Program-made: the position numbers and the translations under genes | Part shown: positions 47,285-60,200 of the stretch, one piece after another | How the letters are laid out: each line of letters begins with the position of its first letter | Numbering within the stretch: the first letter of the stretch is position 1 | Notes under the pieces: generated by a model | Database searches by the model: none | What the model was told of the DNA's origin: nothing | What the model saw: only the letters and a program-made list of their open reading frames with translations | Source of the DNA: Amoebophrya sp. A120 | Lineage: Eukaryota > Protista > Dinoflagellata | Assembly: GCA_905178155.1 (NCBI GenBank) | Contig: CAJINV010000005.1 | Span: 4,837,394-4,901,393, forward strand | Reading direction: 5' to 3' | DNA: 64,000 bases

Positions 47285-50200
47285 TCACATCTCCCCATCT
47301 GACAGCAGCACCTCGCCCTCTATCATATGCAAATATGTCTAGGTCTGGAACTTGTCATGCAGATTTTACATGGCCCGCGACGTCTGTGATGTATTCCGTA
47401 GCATCATAGATTTTTAGAGGGCTTTCTGATGCCTACTCTGCATGACAAATGCCCTCCCCGCGTAGCACAAACTAGACTCCTCTTGCTGGTCATGCAATAC
47501 AGATTTTTTTAGAGTCCAAAGTTACCATCACAAGTTCCAACCTTCCAGACCCAGACATTTTTGCATTTGATACCCTCGCTCAAAGCGCAACTCTCCAAAA
47601 CCCGCCGCTCTTCCTGTTTGAGTTTCTGCATGACAGATTTGTCTTCATCCTCCTCGGCCACAGTGGAAAGTAGTACTTCCCCGAGGCTTTGGTTGTTCTG
47701 CCGGTTCGTCTTCAAGCCCCCTTCGTCGTCGTCCTCTGGTCGTGCGGTTACTGGCGGTTTCTGCGAAGGAGGATGAAAGCCAACTTTCGAAGCAGCCTCG
47801 CTTTCGACAGGACGAGCAGTGTCGTTTTTATTCTCGTTGTTCTGGTCAACATCTGCTGCATGGGAAGTCGAAGCGGAAACTGACATTTCGTCCTCCGCGT
47901 CAAAGGCCGCTCGGGCGGGGAAGAACGAGTTACTATTTAATATTCCGTATCTTGCTTTGTAGTGGTCAAAGACGAAACTTTGCGGATTCTGCTTTGCCTG
48001 CAGCTCCTTGTCACCGTACCTAGAGTTTTTTGTATAGGTGAAGTGAAGAATTTGCATTGCAGAAACACATTTTAAGTAGGTCATAATTGATGTTCCGTCT
48101 CGATTACAAAAAAAAAACCTTCAAGAATACATCAGAAAAGTACAGTAGCAACTCTGCAAATCGTCTCGTTTTCGCCTCGCTGTCCCGCTTGTCCCGCTGT
48201 TTCAGTTCCTGCTTGCTTTCCAAAAACTCGGTTTGTTTCTTCAGTTCTGAAGTTAGTGTTTCTTTTAACTCCTTTCTCAAATTCAGCACCACCGCGGTCA
48301 GTTCCTCCTTCATGGTGACCTTCAAATCCGTGGTTTTGTTCGAAAAATCCCGCTCCAATTTTTCGATCACAGAGTCAATTTTCAACTCGTAATTCTTCTG
48401 CTGCTCCAGCGTCTCATGGTACTGGGTCATGAGGACGTCTCGGTAAGGAGGAGGAGGGGGGTCTTCACTTTTGTCCTGTTGCGTCGCGAGTAGATGATCG
48501 CGTGTGGTGGAGGAAAAAAACGGAGGTGGCGGTAGAGTGACCTCTGCCTGCTGCTGCTTTTCTGAAACAGTGCGAGTTTCTGTACTAGTCCCGCCTGAGG
48601 CGACAGCTGCTGCTGGCGCATCAGAAATCTCTCCACCGCCCAGCTGCACAGGAGCCGGCGCAGCTCCCTCCACCTCCATGCTGGCAGAACCTGACTCTTG
48701 CGCCACAGAAACATTACCGGGCTTGTTGCTACTCTTGATGATGCTAGAGGGAAGATCACCAATGCTGTCGGTCCGGAACGTTTCTTCTGTCAGCACCTGT
48801 TGCAAAACTTCCCGGAACAAATCTCTTTGCTCCGCTGCTGAAAGAGACCGGGTCTGCCCTATTACAGTGAAAAATGCCCCCTCCCCATATCAAAACGTAA
48901 ATCTGCGATGCAGATTTGTGGCCACAAATCAGCTTTGTGATGCTAGAGGGCAAAAGATGCGGACTGTAGCGCTGTCTAGCGTGGGAAAGCCTTGCAGCTC
49001 CAGGATGACAGGAGGCAGCTGGAAGTGGGAAACCGCATGACAGATCATCTGCAATTTAGGCCGCAGCTTCGTCTCTTGGCCTTCTAGCAATACAAGTCGA
49101 TTTGTGTACTCAAATGCAGCATCACAAATTCGCGCATCTTCCGTTTCCGATATGGGGTGGGGGCTTTTTTCACTTTGATATGCCCGTCCTTTTCTTCCGG
49201 GGATTGTTGTGCAGTCTGCGCCTTGATACCCTGCTCCTGCTTCGCAACAGCATCGATTTCGTTCCAGATCTCCGCGGGCTGCGGCGCTTTTGTCATGATC
49301 CCTTTCCTTTTCGAATTCATCGGAGTTGTAGATTTATTCTCGTGGTTCAGACACTCTAACAGCTTCAACTCCGTCACGTAAACGCCGTGCGAGGTGTTCG
49401 AAATCACCGGCGGCGCGGAACCCGCTGCGGAGGTTGTCGTGGGGCGAGAATCTGTAGATCATGATTTATTTTTGAGCGATGTTTCTGCTTGTCGCAAATC
49501 ATATTTCTTCAGAAGGTGCAACTGGTTGTATACGAACACAAAAAAACATCATAGCAGATTATTCAAAAGTGCATTTCAATACCTTGATAGTAGCCACCTG
49601 TAGCACCATTCCTGTCCACGAACTTCTGCACGAACGGTAGCACCGGCGCATGCTGCTGTGGCTGCTGCTGCTGTGGCAGAGCAAAGTTCGGTGAAGCAAC
49701 CGCCCCGGCTTCTGCTGCAGAATCCATCCCGTAGAAATACCCGCCGTAAAAATCTGTCTGCACAGAATCCTGGGCACTATCCCGGCCCCGCGGGGGGGCC
49801 ACGTCCGGCGATCGCCGCGCATCATTATTCAAGTTTCGCGCCACGCCCGGCCCTCGTCCCGCATATTGTCGCGACGGGCTAGCAGAACTACTACTCGTAC
49901 CCACTGCGCGAGCTGCTCCTGCATCGCCTGCAAGCTGTGCTTGCTGCTGCCCCCGGAATAATGGTCCTCCTCTTCCGCCCGGACTGAAACTCCGGCTTTT
50001 CGTTTCCGAATACTGCGTCGCCGCGCGGAGCATCTCCCTGGTCTCCCCCACATCGGCGTCGGCGATGTTGTACTTTTTCTTCAATTTGGACGCAAAATTG
50101 TTGTATTCCTGTTCTTTATGCATTGCAAAAGTATCGTACTAGTATAGATTGCATCACAAATTTTTTCAAAAAGAAAAATAGAATTTGTAATGCTGATTCA

Positions 50201-53200
50201 CCTAAAAATGGATATTTGTCATGCATGATAGCAATTACTACGAGTACGATACTTTTGCACAGGATATTCTTTGAACTGCAGCAAAAGCTCTTCCGGGGTG
50301 GAATACTCGGTGGCGACACTGCTTTGCTGCATCTTTTCCTGCTGCGGTAAGAACCCAGAAGGACTGGCGGGTGTAAAAGAAGTTCCGCTCACCCTGCTGC
50401 TCCTTGCGCTGCCTTTCGCCGCGGCATGCTGTTGACCCCCTATGTGTGCAGCCGAGGTCGGCGGTGACCAAGCGGTTATCGACGCGACGCTCTTGCTATC
50501 CGATTTCGCAGACTGTGGCGGGCTGGAGAAGTAGTAGTAATTGTTGCGTGTTTTGTTCTGCTCTTCATTCAATTTCTCTGGCGGACTACTGGACGCTGCG
50601 CTGGCGAACCCGGCGATGTTATCAAAAGGAAAAACTCCCCCTCCCCATATTAAAACGGAAATCTGTGATGCAGATTTGTTGTCACAAATCAGCTTTGTCA
50701 TGCTACACGGGAAAAGATGCGGACTGTAGTGCTGGGTGGCGTGGGGAAGCCTTGCATCTTCAGCATGATAGGAGGCAGCTGAAAGTGGGAAACAGCATGA
50801 CAAATTGCCTGCAAACGAGGCCACGACTGCGGCTCTTGGCCTTCTAGCATGACAAATCGATTTGTGACCTCAAATACAGCATCACAAATTTCGTTTTCGA
50901 TATGGGGAGGGGGGATTTTTCCTTTCGATAGATGTCGTAATTCTCCTGGTCGTCGAGAAAGTTTTGGTTTTTGTTCAGAGGTATGAACTGCAAATATGTC
51001 TGGCTCTGGGAGATTCCGAGCCTTGTCATGCAGATTTTCCATGATCCATGTCGTCTGGAATTCAGCACCTAGCACGACAGATTCTCTGAGATCCCTACCA
51101 TGCCTATCCTGCATGAGAAACTCCCTGTCAACTTGATCGAAAGTGGACGTCTTTTGGCACTCATGCAACACAGAATCTTGCATGCTTCAGACTTAGCATG
51201 ACAAGTTGCAACCTTCCAGATCCAGACCCAGACATATTTGCAATCCATAAGAGACTGAAGCACCGTGGTCAAAGGTGACCGGGGCCGCTTGTTCGTGTTG
51301 TTATAGCCTTTGTTCAGCATTTCATGTCGTGGACTGCTGTTAAAACTGCTGTTAATTGCCGCGGTGCTCGCAGTATGCATTGCAAATGTGTCTGGGTCTG
51401 GAAGATTGCTATAGCAGACTTGTGACGGCGCAGGTCTTGCATGACCCATACCGTCTGGCAAACAGGACCTAGCATGACAGATTCTGTTTTTACATCTCTA
51501 TCATACCTCTCCTGCATGACAAACTGCCTCTCAACTTGGGCAAAAATACACACCGTTTGGCAATCATGCAACACAGATTCTTGCACCATTCTAGACTTAC
51601 CATGACAAGTTGCAGTGTTCAGGACCTTCTAGACATATTTGCACTTGATACGCATAGGCAGCTTGCTTCACTTTCCCAGAAGAAAACACTTCTTCCAGCT
51701 CCTGCATTCGTCTTCTCGCTTGTTCGATTTTCTTCACTTGCTCCTCTTTGGACAAAAGCTTGCTCGCGAAATCATTTTTAGCGGTCTTCTTGTTGCTTTT
51801 CCCAAATTTCAAATTGTTGTTACTCCTGCCCTTCTTGTTCGCATTCAGCACTTCCTGCAGCGCCTCCTGGGCTATTAAGAGGAAACATCCCCCCTCCCCA
51901 TATCGAAAAGGTATGCTTGCGAAAATTTGTGTTGCTGATTTGAGACCACTAATCACGTCTGTCTTGCAAGAAGGCAACTCCACAAGCTCCGCAGCATTGT
52001 GCAGGCGGTTTGTGATGCTCATGGGCCTACATCACGGACTTTTCTCATGCTAGACCCCTAGGCCAAAACCTCTCTACTTAGGCTTAGTATGGGCCTGCAT
52101 TCCTCTCCAGCAACACAAATCTGACTTGTGTACGCAAATCCTGCATCAGAAACTTCGTTTGGATATGGGGAGAGGGGATTTTTCCTTCTGATATGCGCTT
52201 TCTTCGCTTCGAGCCTCAGTTTTTCCAATTCCATTTCCCGTTTTTCGTTTTCAATCTTCTCCCGTTCCTCCACCAACTGCGCAAGCATGGTTTCCTCTTT
52301 CGCCTCTTCACAGATCAGCTCGCCCTATCAACTGCAAATATGTCTGGGTCATCTGGAAGATTTCTCATGCAAGTCTGGTATGACTCTGAGCTCTGTATTG
52401 CGTAGCCGCAAAGACGAGCTCCTCCTTTATGTCTTGCAAAAACGTAGTTTCTCATGCGGAGTACGCAACTCAGAACCACGGAAAAACTTGTCATGCTGTG
52501 CAACGCATTACAGTGTGCTCACTATTTTCCCCGTGCTTGCATCACAAGTTTCCAGACATCCACGGGAGATATTTGCATTTGATACGCCCTCGGTCGTGTT
52601 CAGCAGCAAGTCGTCATTGTCGTATTCGTCGGGCTCTTTTCTGTCAAAGCTGAAGGGTTATCCTGAGTAAAAACGTACCCACACCAGAGTCAGGATGGGG
52701 AATCTGCTAGACAAATCAGCCAGCTTTGGTTGTTTGGCATGACAAGTTTGTCCGCGTAGTGTAGTGCTGTTTGAGCTAGTTTAGCAGCATTACAGATCTA
52801 GTATCTCGTGCTGATTGGAGCATGACAAATTTCAAAACCACACTAGAAAATGCTTCTCATGGGGCTCCGCATGAGAAACATTTTAAGCATGCAGAGTTGC
52901 ATGACAACTATGGTGTGGGTACGTATTTACTCAGGATAAGGGCTTCGGCTTAGTCACCGGGGCGGGTTGGATGTTTGGGTTGTCGGTGTTGGGCGGGACA
53001 AGATTTGGATGCAGCTTGTCCCGTATTCTCGTCGCCATGTTGTTTCGGCGGGCAGTGGAGCTGTTGTTATTCGAGCTGGATTGTAGTTTGCCAGCAGTCT
53101 GTCTTGCGGGTGCTGCTGGGGCAATTTTTCCACCACCAATATTCGCCATGTCCTCCCTCCGGATGATTTCCGTTCGCGTTTCCTGCTTCAGATGCGCGGG

Positions 53201-56200
53201 CTTGGTTGTGGACATCACGACATTGGTACTGTTTGATGTAGTTCCGACACCACCAACATTACCGCCGCCGCGTGGAGTTGTACGTGAGTTCGAATTTGTA
53301 TTGGCACTACCAACTCCATGCGACGAGGACGATTTCAGCACCGTTTTGTTGTAATTCCGCTGCACGATTTCCGGATCATTTTGCACCGAATGTTGGAAGT
53401 TCGTCTCTGCGAAATTCGGTAAATCAACCCCGGTTGTAACAGCTCTACTCTGATGTCCGCCTCCTCGTTGTTCCCGTCTTGACGTCGAAGACGAGCTCCC
53501 GCCGATTTGTTCTTTCTGCGCGCCCAAAATTTTTTCCCTGTTCAATTCATACCGCATCCGCCGGTCTTCTACGCGTTCTAGGAGGTCGGGTGAGGTGGAG
53601 GTAGTCCCCGCGGCCGACGTGGAGGTTTTCGTGCGTTTTTTCATTGCACCACTAGCACCCTGCGTCGCTGTTCCAGAGCCGGAACCTACACCGCCGTTCT
53701 TATTCCCAGCGCTAGAAGCGGAGGACGATGATGTCCAGGTTAAACATTCCTTCGTGTATGAACTGCAAAAGTATCGTACTAGTTCTAGTATAAATTGCAT
53801 TACAAATTCACTTAGCATTACAAATCAAATTTGTAATGCGGATTTGCATAAATGCAATTAGTACGAGTACGATACTTTTGCACAGGATATCGTGTTTAAC
53901 TTCCCGATTTCCGATTTCAAATTCTGGTAAAACGTCAGCCTCTCCGGATTTGCGGAAGCGGTTGCGGTGGAAGCACTTTTGTCACTTGTCATGCCAACGC
54001 CAGCTGTGAAGTTCGTTGGGTCTTTATCGCATCTATCCTGTGCAAAAGTGGTACAGCACTCGTAGTATTGCAATACGAATTCGCTCAACACGACATAAGA
54101 AACTTGTCGTGCTGGTTTGCAAAATTGCGAATACTACGAGTACGATATTTTTGCACATGATAGCGTCCGCCGCTCGCCGTGCTTTCATACGACATCACGC
54201 TGGCTTTCGAGGATTTTGCGGAGTAAAAACTGAAAACATTCTGACCTGCAGCAGTTCCTGTTCCTTCGTCCCGCTGACCCCGCTCCTCGTCCTTCGTCTC
54301 CGCGTGGTCGGTGTCGAACAGATTCGTGGTGTTGAGATTGTTGTTGCGATAATTCTCATCTCCGTGACGATCCTGTTCCCTCGTCGTTGATTCCTTCGAA
54401 CTTGGAAAAAGTCTGGACGCGAGGGACTCGAATACCGTGTTCTCTAGGAACGGCTTTTTCGAGTCAGAAGCGGATGCTGTTGTTGTGTCTAGTCCACCTT
54501 TATTCATTCCTGCGTGTTGTGACGAATTCTGATTTTTCTCCCTTTGCTTGTCGCTCACCTCCTTCCGAAACTGGCTGCTCCCATCGGCCATCTGCTTCTG
54601 AACGATTTTTTGGGATTCTTTACTCAAACCGGATTTTGGTGCGGGGATCAGGGACGGCTTGTTCGCAGACGCAGCGCTGTGCCCTCTCCCATGCGATCCG
54701 TGCGAAGATCCCGGTCTTGACGAAGAGGACGCATATTTGCCTTGCTTTATTCCGGACGACGGTCGTGAGCTTGCGGATGCACCTGAATTCACTTGTTTTT
54801 CGCTGACACAGCATATGGAATAATTCGTGCTGCACTTACTATGCAGAAAAACCTCCCCAATGATAGATTGTGACTTCGACGCCAAAATTTAGATTTTCCC
54901 ACTTCCGAAACCCTAATGCAAAAATCCTTCCTACCTCGCCCATGTCTGCTGCCCTGCAGGTGCTCCCCACCGGTTCTGCCAGCACTACTCACAGCTGCGT
55001 CGAGGGTCGCCAAATTTTTCGGCTCGGAATTGGCTCCACCTCCATTCTATGAAATGCAAAAGCAGCGTACTAGTAGAAATCGCATTACAAATTTTCTCAC
55101 CAATAGAAATGGAATTTGTAATGCGGAATTACCTTGATAAAAAAATTTGTAATGCATGAATGCAATCACTACGAGTACGATACTTTTGCACAGCATACAT
55201 TCGCCCCCGCGATCTTCGACATGAGATGCCCGAGCTCCTCCTTCGAATTGGCGACTTGCTCGGCGAGTTCCCGTTTGGAATTTTCTAATTCCACCTTCAC
55301 CTCCTCGTGCACTATGGAAGCGTCAGGTTTGAAATCGTCAAAGTTGAAATAATTTGTAATGCATAAAATGCGTGACCTGAGGCACGTGTGTTGCAGAGCA
55401 GGCAAGTGAGGCCGATTGTAAGCCTGTTTGGGGTTACATCTCGAGCTGCTAAAGTAGCATAAGAAAATCGCTCTTCTTTGCCTAAACAGCATGACAAAGT
55501 GGATTTAGGGACCACCGAAATTTGTCTTGCGCCGCTTACAAATTGGGTCACAATCTTTCATCCATTTTATGCATGACAAATTATTTCAACTTTGGCGATT
55601 TCAAACCTGACGCTTCCATATGCACTTGGCTGTTATTAAACGCGTTCATGATCAGCTCCTGGCGGTGAAAGTGACCTTTCTGCGGATCGTTCGCACCAGG
55701 ACCCAAGCTTGTCAAATCAGTTTCTACTGCGCCATTATACCCCGCTGGTGCTGATGTCAACATCTGCGAATTACAACTATACGGGTTGTAGTTTGATGGA
55801 CCACCAGAGGATGCAGCTCCTGCTCGTCCGCTCGCAGTACTATTCTTATTCGAATTACTGATCACCGCCCCCGCGGTGTATTGCATGGCCTGGGCAACTT
55901 GCTGCAGCGTCTCCGTCAATCTCCGCTGTTGCTCGTTCTGCAAGCTGATTTGCCCCTCCAGCAACCGCGCTTGCCGCTCCAGGTAGAGTCTTTGCCACAT
56001 GCCTTCGAACACCTGAGGCTTATGGATCTGTCAGATTCGAAATCGACAAAGTTGAAATAATTTCTGATGCATAAATTGCAAGGCATGAAGTGCCTCTCTT
56101 GCAGGGATGGCAAGCGAAACCGACTGTAGGCCTGTTTGGGGTCTGCGATAGAGCTGCTAAAGTAGCATGACAAAAGACGCCCTCTGTCCCTCAACAGCAT

Positions 56201-56682
56201 GACAGACTCGATTTAGACAGTGCCGAAATTTGTCATGCGCCGCTTGGAAATTGGGTTTCCAACTGGTATCGATTTCATGCATTACAAGTTCTTTCAACTT
56301 TGTCGATTTCGATCCTGACACATCCATAAGGGTTTTCCTTTGCGTACTGCTGCGCGTCGGAGGCGAAGGAACCTGCATTTTTGTATGCTGAGTACATGTT
56401 GTTCTACTCCCAAAGAACGCATGCGAAATGAGGTTTGCAATGTGAGATCATATCGCATGACAAAAAGCGCCCAGTAAGAAGATCTTCCCATTTATCTTCT
56501 ATACCTTCCACATCTTCGTCGAAAAGGACCCGGGTCGTGTTATTTTTCAATTCGTCCTCGGGCGTTTTCGATACCATCACATCGTCGTCGTCCTTCGTGA
56601 CGATCAAGGGGTCGCCCGCCTCGATGATCGGCACCTGCTCCGTGTCGAGCTCAATCATGGATTCTTTACTGATCTTCAACAT
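47285..56682 (-). CDS. Large low-complexity coiled-coil hypothetical protein with 14 introners and several other introns; could be more than one gene
   Basis: Series of same-strand open segments separated by introners; ends LSEGEVLLSDGEM*. Not all junctions were resolved. Confidence 0.5.
47321..47572. mobile_element. Introner family A
   Basis: TSD ccctc/ccctc; right half near-identical to 13861-14122. Confidence 0.9.
48860..49180. mobile_element. Introner family F
   Basis: TSD tgccc/tgccc. Confidence 0.9.
50117..50266. mobile_element. Introner family B
   Basis: TSD ttctt/ttctt. Confidence 0.9.
50620..50930. mobile_element. Introner family F
   Basis: TSD gatgt/gatgt. Confidence 0.9.
50982..51249. 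mobile_element. Introner family A
   Basis: TSD agagg/agaga. Confidence 0.85.
51374..51650. mobile_element. Introner family A
   Basis: TSD cgcag/cgcat. Confidence 0.85.
51873..52193. mobile_element. Introner family F
   Basis: TSD tgggc/tgcgc. Confidence 0.85.
52326..52584. mobile_element. Introner family A
   Basis: TSD cgccc/cgccc. Confidence 0.9.
52659..52938. mobile_element. Introner family D
   Basis: TSD agggt/agggc. Confidence 0.9.
53757..53889. mobile_element. Introner family B, short
   Basis: TSD tcgtg/tcgtg. Confidence 0.9.
54034..54162. mobile_element. Introner family B, short
   Basis: TSD gcatc/gcgtc. Confidence 0.85.
55048..55197. mobile_element. Introner family B
   Basis: TSD cattc/cattc. 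Confidence 0.9.
55313..55620. mobile_element. Introner family I (TIR tatggaagcgtcaggtttgaaatcg.caaagttgaaata)
   Basis: About 40-bp near-perfect TIR; TSD tgcac/tgcac. Confidence 0.95.
56021..56328. mobile_element. Introner family I
   Basis: TSD aggct/agggt. Confidence 0.85.
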
Positions 56683-57233
56683 TTTTGGTATTGTGCTTAT
56701 GGCGGGTACAGGGCGGGACTGAGAACTTCTTCTACCGATGCGATGGGTTAATAATAGCGCGAATTCGACTATACATATGGAAGTTTCCAACTTCTTCCGT
56801 ACGTGCGTGCTCCTTGCAAACAAGCAGCGCAGAAACGCGGTAGGTGAATAAGAGACACTACACAAACTGAAGCGCTTTCTGTTGCAAACTTCAGTCTTCA
56901 CTCACGTCGAACAAATTTTGTCGGCTTCTTTGAGAGAAAGAGAGCAAGTCCTTCCGGTCACACAAGAAAACGGCAGCTTTGCTCATCTCACATCAAAACT
57001 TCTTTTGATGCTAGAACACAAACGACGAGTAGGACCACCACGGGAAAACTGTTTTGTACGAAGATTTCAGGGTGGTCGTGAATACAGGCACATAGTAATC
57101 ATATTGACCACTGTGCCGACGAAATGAAAGCTGAGCGGGTGCAGAAACGCCAATAATGTAAAAAGAAGCTTTGCTTGTTTTGAATATAGACGTTGCAAAA
57201 GTTGTATCTTCGAGAACTTCCGTTCATTATTCG

Positions 57234-60200
57234 TCACCTTTTCGGCTGCTGTGGACTACTACTACTGCTATTTTTCGTGCTTCTATTGGAGGTTGCACTA
57301 GGTTTCTGGTACGGCCCCGCACTGGCAGCACTCGAACTACTTACTCCCGCAGCGGAGGTGCCCGCTGAGTTCCTGTTCTCAATGCACCCATCGAGCGATA
57401 TCGCTTCCAGGATCCTTACCCTTGTGTCCTGCTGGTACGCAACAGCCGCGGTGTTCGTACTGAAATCCGGGGCAACCATCGTGTCCTGCATGGTTACATC
57501 GGCCGGAGGCTCATCGTTCTCGTTCAGATTTATCTCGTCCACCCGATTTGCCTTCTCCGCAGATGACGTCGTCGGAGAGGACGAACTCACAACAGACCGC
57601 TTCCCGTCGTCGCTGCCGAGCGCGAAGGAAGACAAAGTGGACAGCTGCGCGATGGAATTCTTATCCTCGTCTTCCGCGACAAGCGAAACCGAATCCGCGT
57701 TGGAGTTCGTTCTCGGCGGCTGACTCAGAGTGGTGACGGAGGAGGAGGAACTCGGAGAAGTTCTCGCGTTATTTGTACTGCTAATACCTTTAGTACCTGG
57801 GGAAGAACGACTCGGGCTTCCTCTCGGGTTCGAAGAGGTGGAAGCTTGTGCAGCAGCAGCGGTTCCGGGGACTACCAGCAATTCCGCAACGGATTCCGCG
57901 CCGGGCGGGGGCTGGTACCGCGGGACGTGTTCGGAGGTGGAGCATGTTGAACCTTCCGGGTTATCTGATGTCAGTCTCAAATCACCACTACTGCTACCAT
58001 TGCTCTCGTCCCGGTCCGCCCCTCGGGTCACCTTGCAGTGAATAAAAACCACCCCGAACAGGCCGATCACGCACAAAACCGTGAAAAACAATTGGCTCAT
58101 GAAGTAATTGTTTCCCGTCGCGTCCACCAAGTGTCCGTACACGATATTTCCGAAAAACAGCCACAGGGACTGCTGCATGTAGCACCCCCCCACGTGCAAA
58201 ACTTCCAAATCCTTGTTTTTGCACACGTGGGGCACCAGGGTCCAGAGCGGCACGACGCAGCAGCCGAAACCAATGCCGAGAATCACGCAGCAGACCCACG
58301 GCGGAATTTGGAGAAGCGCGTTGTGGATGGAGGAGGTCGTGAGGGTTGAGTTTGTTTGGAAGGAACTCAACATTGTTGTCCCAAAAAAGCTGCTGCTGGT
58401 ACTGCCACTGCTGTTTTCAACATTATCCTCGAAGAAGTTGTTATTTGTCCAGGAGACGTCGGCGCTATTGTACTGAAACGCAGCAGAATCGTTGTACTCT
58501 GTGTCGTAGGCCTTCAAAGTGATCAGGCCCTGACCGATGAAGAGCAGCACGAACGCGAAGCAAGCAAACCGGATCAAGCGTTGAAAAGTGTGGAGCAGCG
58601 GGGCCAGGAAGAGGGAGACAACGGAGATTCCGGGAATCAGCGCGATCGCGGAACCGGCGACGCTGTTTGGTTTTTCGTTTGGTGTTTTTGCATGACAGAT
58701 TCTACTTTCGTGCTTGCTTTCTTGCATGACAAACTAGTTTTGGACAACTGACAACCAAAATAGTAGATTTTACCTCTCCGACACCCCCGCGACCCTTTGC
58801 AACGTCAGACAGCCGTTGTACTCGAAAACGAACACCACTGTGTATAGCAGCCCGATTAGCGCTTGGTGGATGAAACACAAGGCGGTCAAATCTTTCAGCC
58901 CCGGCTTGCCATTCCCGTCACTGCCATACTTCCCGCCGCCCCCGCTCGCGGCTAGCAGCGGCCGGATCTTTCGGGAAATCTCCGTCCCGCTATACAGGTA
59001 CGCGAAGGACAGGTAGCAGCACCCGGACACGCAGACGAAGACGAAGGAAAATTTCATATCCTGAGTAAAAATGTCCCCACACCAGAGTCAAACTGGGAAA
59101 TCCGCTAGACAAATCAACCAGCTTTGGTTGTTTCGCATGACAAATTTGTCCTCGTAGTGTAGTCCTGTTCTAGGTAGGTCAGCAGCATCACAGATCTAGC
59201 ATGTAATGCTGATTGTAGCATCATAACTTCCGAAACACGACTAGAAAATGCTTCACATGGGGCTCCGCATGAGAAACTTTTTTGGTATGCAGATTTGCAT
59301 GACAAATCTGGGGTGGGGGCATTTTTCCTCGCGATATTTCAGCGCCTTCAAAAACGCCGGGTTGTTGGTGTGTATGTCCGCATCTGGGTCGGCGAAGTAC
59401 TGCTTCAAAGGGTCGGCCAAGATGTAGCCCATGGTCCCGCCGATCCGGCACGCCGCCAACACTCCCGCCTGCGCGATCGCGGCGTACTTTTTGCTGAAGA
59501 GCAGAAACACGACCACCACCTGCACCACCCCGGTGGTGCAAATCCCCGCCCAGAACAGGACCCGGCCGAGGATGGAGAGGAAGTACACCTCATACTGGAT
59601 GGCGGCGATTAGTAGGAAGGACCCGAGACAGACCATGGACCCGAAGAGGAGACAGGATTTCGAAATGCCCCAGTTCCGCACGAGAAACCCCGCCGGGCCG
59701 GAGAGCACCGCGGAAAGCGAGCCCGTGGCGAGATATCAAAATGAAAAATCCCCCCTCCCCATATCAAAACGGAAATTTGTGATGCTGATTTTTTTTTTTT
59801 TTATGGCGGCAGTTTGTTTTGGCTACTAAACTTGCGATGAATCTCATTCCTAGTTTTCATTTTGACCTTAATGCTGCCGCGGTGCTCACGTCGACCGATA
59901 TGCAAACAGGTGCCGAGGCCTGTTTGCATGCGATCTAGTGAAGGTATATTGGGCGTTCCCGTCTGCCTTACCACGTCGCCCGGGCTTGCAGGGTTGGGAT
60001 TTTCCTGCCGGATGTTCAACGACATCTACGTGGCTAGTCATGATCCCTCTCCCTGTTGCGACCTGCTTTTTTGTTTGGTTGAAAAAATCCAAAAAATGCA
60101 AGGTTGAAAAAAAAACAAAGGCCGCGGTCTGTATTTGTTGAAAGATAGGAGGGAAACCCACCACGTAAGCAGGAGAAAATTTGGGCACGAGAGAAACAGA

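Noticed and set aside
3927-52589. Hypothesis that every TSD supplies a G to create an AG acceptor after ATA
   Set aside because: True for some copies (13861 can even be written GT-AG) but not for many others (TSDs gaggt, cacga, ttgaa, ttctt, cccct).
47285-56682. TALPID3/KIAA0586 identity suggested by SEGE-like C-terminal motifs
   Set aside because: The motif is too short and no other supporting similarity is visible.
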